From the NCBI GenBank assembly GCA_027337125.1, contig GCA_027337125.1_3057.1: 64,000 nucleotides of DNA; one strand, given 5' to 3'. Of the stretch, positions 58,291 through 64,000 are shown piece after piece. This stretch comes from a phage. Position 1 is the first letter of the stretch, and every line of letters starts with the position of its first letter. Made by a program: the position numbers and the translations under genes. The notes below the pieces were generated by a model that did not search any database, was not told where the DNA came from, and worked only from the letters and a program-made list of their open reading frames with translations.

Positions 58291-59108
58291 ATGTAGTATA
58301 TAAACTATCATTTGTTAATAGAATTAATGCTAAAACCCCGCCATATTATTACATTGGAAGTAAAACTAATTGCACTTTTGATGGAACGAATATTATTGAT
58401 AAAAATGGTAAATTTTATTATTCGTCTTCGTCATCTTCTGAATTTCAAAACGCTCTATTGAAAGAAACGCCGAAAGTTGAAATATTATATTTTCAATTAG
58501 TCGGAGATGAACAAATAACTAGCATTGAAGCTGAATTTCAAAAGAATGTAGAAAAAGATGTATGGAATAAAGAGTATTTTAATTTAGCATATGCTGATGG
58601 CCAATTTACGACATATGGTATTTCTCCTTCTAAAGAAACTAGAGAAAAGCAATCAATAACCATGATTAAAAGAAATCGTAATAAAGGCAAAAATCATGGA
58701 TTTTATGGAAAGCATCATACTAATTTAGCCAGAAAGAAAATATCAGAAGCTTCTAAAAAATACTGGAAAGAAAATCCACATCGTGGATTTTCGCATACAA
58801 AGGAAGCTAAAATTAAAATTGGAATTTCATCTTCTATCAGGCATAAAGGAAGTGGAAATCCGATGTATGGTGTAAAACCTTGGAAAACTCCGAGAGCAAT
58901 TAAATCTGGTACTTGTATATTATGGTTAAAATACGCAGAAATTTTATATGATTATTTAGGTCCAGATTTTAAAAGTAAATCATCTGTTTTTGTGGATTTA
59001 AACTTACCGAAATTTAGAATTGATAATTTCATCAAAAGGTTTAAAATGGGTTGGAACCCATATTTAGACGAAGAATTTCAAAAGGATAAATTAGAATTAT
59101 GTCTTTAG
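58287..59108 (+). CDS. GIY-YIG-type homing endonuclease (free-standing) between gene 49 and nrdD
   Basis: VYKLSFVNRINAKTPPYYYIGSK (GIY-YIG-like) plus C-terminal repeated basic modules (KGKNHGFYGKHHT, KGSGNPMYGVKPW); ATGA overlap with gene 49 and 10-nt overlap with nrdD. Confidence 0.75.
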   Translation: MNVVYKLSFVNRINAKTPPYYYIGSKTNCTFDGTNIIDKNGKFYYSSSSSSEFQNALLKETPKVEILYFQLVGDEQITSIEAEFQKNVEKDVWNKEYFNLAYADGQFTTYGISPSKETREKQSITMIKRNRNKGKNHGFYGKHHTNLARKKISEASKKYWKENPHRGFSHTKEAKIKIGISSSIRHKGSGNPMYGVKPWKTPRAIKSGTCILWLKYAEILYDYLGPDFKSKSSVFVDLNLPKFRIDNFIKRFKMGWNPYLDEEFQKDKLELCL

Positions 59109-60916
59109 AGAAAGATGTTTTAAATTTTATTTCAAATAAAGATAAAGAATTAAATACCGAAAATGCCAACAAAGATTCTCGTGTCTTTCCAACAAAAAGA
59201 GATTTAATGGCCGGTATTGTTTCTAAACATATCGCTTGTAGTATTCTTCCAAGCCATATTGTAAATGCTCATAATGCCGGGTTAATTCATTTTCATGATT
59301 TAGATTACAGTATATCATTGCCTTTTACTAATTGTTGTTTAGTAGATTTAAAAGGAATGCTTGAGAACGGATTTAAGCTTGGTAATGCACAGATTGAAAC
59401 TCCTAAATCAATCGGTGTTGCTACTGCAATTATGGCACAAATTACTGCACAGGTTGCTTCCCATCAATACGGCGGAACGACTTTTGCTAATGTAGATAAA
59501 GTACTTTCTCCTTATGTTAAACGCACCTATGCAAAACATATTGAGGATGCAGAAAAATGGCAAATCGCTGATGCGTTAAATTATGCTCAATCTAAAACAG
59601 AAAAAGACGTATACGATGCATTCCAAGCTTATGAATATGAAGTAAATACTCTCTTTAGTTCAAACGGACAAACGCCTTTTGTAACAATTACATTTGGTAC
59701 GGGAACTGACTGGACTGAACGAATGATTCAGAAAGCAATTCTGAAAAATCGTATTAAAGGTCTTGGTCGTGATGGGATAACTCCTATTTTCCCTAAGCTT
59801 GTTATGTTTGTTGAAGAAGGTGTTAATCTTTATAAAGACGATCCGAACTATGATATTAAGCAGCTTGCTTTAGAGTGTGCAAGCAAAAGGATGTATCCTG
59901 ATATTATTTCAGCTAAGAACAATAAAGCTATCACTGGTTCATCTGTTCCTGTTTCTCCAATGGGTTGTCGTAGTTTCTTGAGCATATGGAAAGATTCGAC
60001 TGGCAATGAAATTCTTGATGGACGTAATAATCTCGGTGTTGTAACACTGAATCTTCCTCGTATTGCGTTAGATTCTTATATTGGAACACAGTTCAATGAA
60101 CAGAAATTTACTGAATTATTCAATGAACGAATGGATTTGTGTTTTGAAGCTTTGATGTGTAGAATTAGTTCCTTAAAAGGAGTTAAAGCGACTGTTGCTC
60201 CTATTCTTTACCAAGAAGGCGCATTCGGGGTTCGTCTTAAACCTGATGACGACATAATTGAGTTATTTAAAAACGGTAGAAGTTCAGTGTCTTTAGGATA
60301 CATTGGTATTCACGAATTGAATATTCTTGTCGGTCGTGATATTGGACGAGAAATTTTAACTAAAATGAATGCTCATCTTAAACAGTGGACTGAAAGAACC
60401 GGATTTGCTTTTAGTTTATATTCGACTCCTGCTGAAAACCTTTGTTATCGCTTCTGTAAACTTGATACAGAGAAATATGGAAGTGTAAAAGATGTTACCG
60501 ATAAAGGCTGGTACACTAACAGTTTCCATGTTTCAGTAGAAGAAAATATTACTCCGTTTGAAAAGATTTCTCGTGAAGCTCCATATCATTTCATTGCGAC
60601 AGGTGGTCACATTTCTTATGTTGAACTTCCTGATATGAAAAATAACTTAAAAGGTCTTGAGGCCGTGTGGGATTATGCCGCACAACATTTAGATTATTTT
60701 GGTGTTAATATGCCAGTAGATAAATGTTTTACATGTGGAAGTACCCATGAAATGACTCCTACTGAAAACGGATTTGTTTGTTCTATTTGCGGAGAAACTG
60801 ATCCTAAAAAGATGAACACAATAAGAAGAACGTGTGGTTATTTGGGAAATCCGAACGAACGCGGATTTAATCTCGGTAAAAATAAAGAAATCATGCATAG
60901 GGTTAAACACCAATGA
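59099..60916 (+). CDS. nrdD: Anaerobic ribonucleoside-triphosphate reductase NrdD (glycyl radical enzyme)
   Basis: 605 aa uninterrupted; C-terminal zinc ribbon CFTCGS...CSICGE and glycyl radical motif RRTCGYLG. Confidence 0.95.
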   Translation: MSLEKDVLNFISNKDKELNTENANKDSRVFPTKRDLMAGIVSKHIACSILPSHIVNAHNAGLIHFHDLDYSISLPFTNCCLVDLKGMLENGFKLGNAQIETPKSIGVATAIMAQITAQVASHQYGGTTFANVDKVLSPYVKRTYAKHIEDAEKWQIADALNYAQSKTEKDVYDAFQAYEYEVNTLFSSNGQTPFVTITFGTGTDWTERMIQKAILKNRIKGLGRDGITPIFPKLVMFVEEGVNLYKDDPNYDIKQLALECASKRMYPDIISAKNNKAITGSSVPVSPMGCRSFLSIWKDSTGNEILDGRNNLGVVTLNLPRIALDSYIGTQFNEQKFTELFNERMDLCFEALMCRISSLKGVKATVAPILYQEGAFGVRLKPDDDIIELFKNGRSSVSLGYIGIHELNILVGRDIGREILTKMNAHLKQWTERTGFAFSLYSTPAENLCYRFCKLDTEKYGSVKDVTDKGWYTNSFHVSVEENITPFEKISREAPYHFIATGGHISYVELPDMKNNLKGLEAVWDYAAQHLDYFGVNMPVDKCFTCGSTHEMTPTENGFVCSICGETDPKKMNTIRRTCGYLGNPNERGFNLGKNKEIMHRVKHQ

Positions 60917-61752
60917 ATTATGATAGATTTTATCCTTGCGATTTTGTGAATGATAAATTATCTTTAATATTTGAAGAAAATAATGATTTACTATTGTCAT
61001 ATGTTGATTTGATAACAAAAAATTATAATAATCCTAAAATAAAAGGAAAAACGGAAGCACATCACGTGCTTCCCAAATCTATATTTCCTGAATATAAAAC
61101 AGATAAATGGAATATTGTTAATTTGTCATATTATGACCACGCGTTAGCTCATTACTATTTAGCTAAAACAAGTAATAGTAAAATGTGTTATGCCTTTCAT
61201 AGAATGATAAACTCGAATACCGATAGATTTAATACAAATGAATTGGATGAAATTCTTAAATTGTATTCCAGCGAAAAGGAATTATTTCACCGCTCTATGT
61301 CAAAATTATCGAAAAATATATGGAAGGATGACGATTTTAGAAAAAGACATAGAGAACTAACTAAGTTAGCAATGCAAAAACCTGAAGTTAGAAATAAAAC
61401 TTTATTAAATTTGTCAAATGCAATGAAAACTGATGAAGTTAGAAATAAAATTTCCAGGCTAACTAAGTTAGCAATGCAAAAACCTGAAGTAAAAGAAAAA
61501 CATAGAAATTCATTGAAGTTGGCGTATGCAAATCCTGAGGTTATGAAAAGGAAACATCAGCGTCTTCGAGAAAAATATACTCTTAATTTATTTGGCGCAT
61601 ATAAAGATGGTGTTCTTTTAAAAACATTTAATTATATACCAGACGCAGCAAAATATTTTAATATTTCTAGCAAAGGAAATATTTTAAAATGTTTAAATGG
61701 CGAACGTAAAAGTGTTGAAGGCTATAATTGGAAATATATAAATGAATTATGA
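60913..61752 (+). CDS. mobC: Mob-family HNH homing endonuclease between nrdD and nrdG
   Basis: HNH core TEAHHVLPKS...NLSYYDHALAHYYL; N-terminus MNYDRFYPCDFVND copies the nrdG start; internal 32-bp perfect direct repeat. Confidence 0.85.
   Translation: MNYDRFYPCDFVNDKLSLIFEENNDLLLSYVDLITKNYNNPKIKGKTEAHHVLPKSIFPEYKTDKWNIVNLSYYDHALAHYYLAKTSNSKMCYAFHRMINSNTDRFNTNELDEILKLYSSEKELFHRSMSKLSKNIWKDDDFRKRHRELTKLAMQKPEVRNKTLLNLSNAMKTDEVRNKISRLTKLAMQKPEVKEKHRNSLKLAYANPEVMKRKHQRLREKYTLNLFGAYKDGVLLKTFNYIPDAAKYFNISSKGNILKCLNGERKSVEGYNWKYINEL
61357..61490 (+). repeat. Perfect 32-bp direct repeat (two copies, 102 bp apart, in frame) inside mobC
   Basis: ctaactaagttagcaatgcaaaaacctgaagt at 61357-61388 and 61459-61490, each encoding LTKLAMQKPEV. 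Confidence 0.85.
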
Positions 61753-62212
61753 CAGAATATACCCGTGCTGCTTCGTGAATGGCCCTGGATGCAGGACCGT
61801 TCTTTTCGTTACAGGTTGTTTGCATAAATGTGAAGGGTGTTATAATAAATCAACATGGAATGCTAGAAATGGTATTCCATTCACTGGTGAAACACTAGAA
61901 CAATTGATTGAATGTTTGAATAATGATTATATAGAAGGATTAACTATAACCGGAGGTGACCCTCTTTATCCTGATAACAGAGACGTGATTCACTCTGTGG
62001 TTCAAACTATTAAAAATCTTTATCCCAATAAAAGCATTTGGTTGTGGACAGGATATAAGTTTGAAGATATTAAACAACTAGAAATGCTTAAATATGTTGA
62101 TGTTATTATTGATGGGAAGTATGAGAAAAATCTTCCGACCAAAAAGCTGTGGCGAGGTTCAGATAATCAGCGACTTTGGTCAAATACCGATGGGGTGTGG
62201 AAACATGATTAA
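61742..62212 (+). CDS. nrdG: Anaerobic ribonucleotide reductase activating protein NrdG (radical SAM)
   Basis: MNYDRIYPCCFVNGPGCRTVLFVTGCLHKCEGCYNKSTW: NrdG N-terminal signature and CxxxCxxC cluster. Confidence 0.93.
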   Translation: MNYDRIYPCCFVNGPGCRTVLFVTGCLHKCEGCYNKSTWNARNGIPFTGETLEQLIECLNNDYIEGLTITGGDPLYPDNRDVIHSVVQTIKNLYPNKSIWLWTGYKFEDIKQLEMLKYVDVIIDGKYEKNLPTKKLWRGSDNQRLWSNTDGVWKHD

Positions 62213-62326
62213 ATTGAATTATATTATGGACACTATAAATGATATGATTTTTCATTTTGGTCCAGAATTTTATTCGCAATATAGTTTAGTGCTTATCAAT
62301 GCTTGGTTAATCAATTAAGGGTAAAT

Positions 62327-62539
62327 ATGTATAAATTTCGTAAAGGTTTAGCTGATTTTCTTACAACCGTAACGTTCTTTTTGTTTATGGCAGTTGGTGC
62401 TATTTTTCTTATTCCTTTTATTGCTATATTTTTCGTGATTAGTTTGATTTCTCCAGAAAAAGGACTGTCTTCTAGCGAATTCAATGAGCGTCTGGATAAA
62501 ATTACTAACAAGCTGAATGCTGCTCTTAGTAAGGAATAG
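62327..62539 (+). CDS. Small membrane protein
   Basis: Start set at Met 9 of the track ORF; FLTTVTFFLFMAVGAIFLIPFIAIFFVISLI hydrophobic core. Confidence 0.55.
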   Translation: MYKFRKGLADFLTTVTFFLFMAVGAIFLIPFIAIFFVISLISPEKGLSSSEFNERLDKITNKLNAALSKE

Positions 62540-62541
62540 TT

Positions 62542-62850
62542 GTGAAACAAAACAAGATTGAAGTCTATGGAATTCCAGATGAAGTAGGTCGTTGTCCTGG
62601 ATGTCAATCAGTTACAAAACTTCTAAAGGAGCTCAATGCTCCTTTTACTTTCTATAAAGTTCTTACAAATAATGGTAAGATTGAGTATGATCGTCCACTG
62701 ATTGTATCTCTTGCTAAACGAGCTGGATTCACATCTCTTAACATTCGTTATCCAGTCATTTTCATCAATGATTCTAGACAAAAGAACATTAAACACTTCA
62801 AAGAAACTCTCATTTCACTTGGATATGATAGAGATATCATAGAAGACTAA
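62542..62850 (+). CDS. Thioredoxin-fold redoxin (NrdH/glutaredoxin-like, CPGC motif)
   Basis: 102 aa, GTG start with AAGGA RBS; VYGIPDEVGRCPGCQS; directly downstream of nrdG. Confidence 0.7.
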   Translation: MKQNKIEVYGIPDEVGRCPGCQSVTKLLKELNAPFTFYKVLTNNGKIEYDRPLIVSLAKRAGFTSLNIRYPVIFINDSRQKNIKHFKETLISLGYDRDIIED

Positions 62851-62854
62851 GACG

Positions 62855-62875
62855 GGCCCTCTGGGCCTTTCTTTC
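62855..62875 (+). terminator. Intrinsic terminator (ggccc-tct-gggcc + U-rich)
   Basis: Hairpin then tttctttct. Confidence 0.6.
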
Positions 62876-62946
62876 TCGCATTCTGTATATTACCATTCTA
62901 AGCTATCGTTCCCTTCTTATCATTCCCTAAAAATTTTCACAAAGTT

Positions 62947-62976
62947 GTTTACAAGAAGTTCAAACTGTGGTATTAT
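62947..62976 (+). promoter_or_regulatory. T4-type early promoter
   Basis: ttttcacaaagttgtttaca upstream cassette, 18-nt spacer, -10 tattat. Confidence 0.55.
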
Positions 62977-63006
62977 TGACATATGAATTGCCTTTGAGGA
63001 ATTGAT

Positions 63007-63189
63007 ATGGTTGTGGTTGATAAAGAAATTAAAAAGGGACAATATTATCTTATTAATGGTAATGTTGTTCGTGTTACTTATGTAAACGGTTTTGAAGTTT
63101 ATTATCTTATACTTAAGTTAAATAAACAGATGATTTGTGACCGTGCTGTATTTAGTTCAGTTGCTAAGGAAATTAAACTCCATGGGTAA
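63007..63189 (+). CDS. Small hypothetical protein
   Basis: 60 aa, GAGGAA RBS. Confidence 0.5.
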   Translation: MVVVDKEIKKGQYYLINGNVVRVTYVNGFEVYYLILKLNKQMICDRAVFSSVAKEIKLHG

Positions 63190-63475
63190 AACGTATCGTC
63201 GTAAAGACTTGAAAGTTCGTGATTATGACTATTTCGGAAAGCGTAAAGCTCCTGATGGCGTAAGTCATAAAGATATGGTTGAAAACATTTTTCGCTCAGA
63301 TAAATGGCGTAGAATGAAAGGCATTGATTCAGAAGTTAAAGATGAGCTAAATCGCCAATTACGTGGTGAAGTAAGAAAGTTGAAAAAATCAGTTTACATT
63401 GATGATGATTTTGATTATAATACTTCTCAACGAGTTGCTAAACGTAAATCAAACGAGTGCTATCGTTACAGCTGA
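63182..63475 (+). CDS. Small basic hypothetical protein
   Basis: Start set at Met 16 of the track ORF; MGKTYRRKDLKVRDYDYFGKRK..., very Lys/Arg-rich (possible nucleic-acid binder). Confidence 0.55.
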   Translation: MGKTYRRKDLKVRDYDYFGKRKAPDGVSHKDMVENIFRSDKWRRMKGIDSEVKDELNRQLRGEVRKLKKSVYIDDDFDYNTSQRVAKRKSNECYRYS

Positions 63476-63482
63476 GGAAAAT

Positions 63483-63614
63483 ATGAATATCAAACGCATG
63501 CTTTTTAAACAAGGATTATACACTTTAAATGTTACTCCAAAAGGTGATACAACTAAGTGGTCAGTAAATGACTGGATTAAATTTATTGATGAAAACGGTA
63601 ACTGGAAAATTTAA
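63483..63614 (+). CDS. Small hypothetical protein (43 aa)
   Basis: Start set at Met 29 of the track ORF, GAGGAAAATATG RBS. Confidence 0.45.
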   Translation: MNIKRMLFKQGLYTLNVTPKGDTTKWSVNDWIKFIDENGNWKI

Positions 63615-63815
63615 ATGAATCCTGAATCTAAATTATCGCAACGAATTGCTGAAGCTCGTCGCCAGTTCTTTGAAAATATGATAGCCCAAGGTATTGATGA
63701 CGAAGTTTTTCTGAACTGGTTTTGGAATCACAAATATTCAAGTTGCTCAGGAGCAATATTAATATCAGCCGCAATGATGTACGAAGGCTGGAAGGGCGCC
63801 AAAAAGTTTAGCTAA
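63615..63815 (+). CDS. Small hypothetical protein
   Basis: 66-aa ORF followed by a terminator. Confidence 0.55.
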   Translation: MNPESKLSQRIAEARRQFFENMIAQGIDDEVFLNWFWNHKYSSCSGAILISAAMMYEGWKGAKKFS

Positions 63816-63832
63816 GGGCTTCGGCCCTTTTT
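63816..63832 (+). terminator. Intrinsic terminator (gggc-ttcg-gccc + U5)
   Basis: Hairpin gggcttcggccc then ttttt. Confidence 0.7.
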
Positions 63833-63867
63833 GGATAATAAAATTTTAACGTAATTGGGAATAATGT

Positions 63868-64000
63868 ATGACTATTCAAATTAAAAACGCCATTAATTCT
63901 TATGCATATGATAAAGTAGTTTCTTTGCTAGAAAAAGGCGATATTGTAACTCCTCAAATTTTGGATAACTGGGAAAAAGAGCTTCATCAGACGATGAAAC
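63868..64000 (+). CDS. Hypothetical protein, 5' part (continues beyond window end)
   Basis: ATG at 63868 with GGGA RBS; open through the window end (MTIQIKNAINSYAYDKVVSLLEKGD...). Confidence 0.5.
   Translation, partial: MTIQIKNAINSYAYDKVVSLLEKGDIVTPQILDNWEKELHQTMK

Noticed and set aside
59099-60916. Group I intron and intron-encoded endonuclease inside nrdD, as I recall for T4
   Set aside because: The ORF is continuous (605 codons) with no insertion; the nearby endonuclease is free-standing upstream

Overview
This window reads as a contiguous slice of a T4-like (T-even, Tequatrovirus-type) myovirus genome; all calls rest on reading the six-frame translations against remembered T4 proteins and motifs, with no database search run. 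Left ~29 kb (minus strand) is the late structural and packaging module in T4 order: gp23 (N-terminal part), 22, 21, 68, 67, 20, 19, 18, 17, 16, 15, 14, 13, wac, 12, 11, 10, 9, 8, 7, 6, 5.4, 5.1-like, 5, 53, with TATAAATA late promoters and GC hairpins between several genes. Right ~35 kb (plus strand) is an early/middle region: genes 4, 2, 3, 1, 57A, 57B (Acb1-type 2H phosphoesterase), a capsid-targeted internal protein, eight tRNAs split by segB, a stable-RNA region, an e.x block (coiled-coil and membrane proteins), nudE, lysozyme e, an IPIII-like protein, a vs block (P-loop protein, GrcA-like glycyl-radical protein, candidate vs.4/Acb2), regB, vs.1, vs-like, a macro-domain protein, tk, rI, mobD, an NTase-fold protein plus AAA+ ATPase, a promoter-punctuated run of hypothetical genes, nrdC, gene 49 (endo VII), nrdD (apparently intron-less), mobC, nrdG and a redoxin. 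Eight free-standing homing endonuclease genes are present (4 Mob-type HNH, 1 other HNH, 3 GIY-YIG), several at positions where I do not recall T4 having one. No single unambiguous novel system stands out; the most interesting candidates are the NTase-fold/AAA+ gene pair, the macro-domain protein, the mobC N-terminus copied from nrdG, the hairpin-gated HNH gene between genes 18 and 19, and the run of uncharacterised genes at 51.5-56 kb. Many starts were refined from the ORF track, which reports the longest ORF including TTG/GTG starts.
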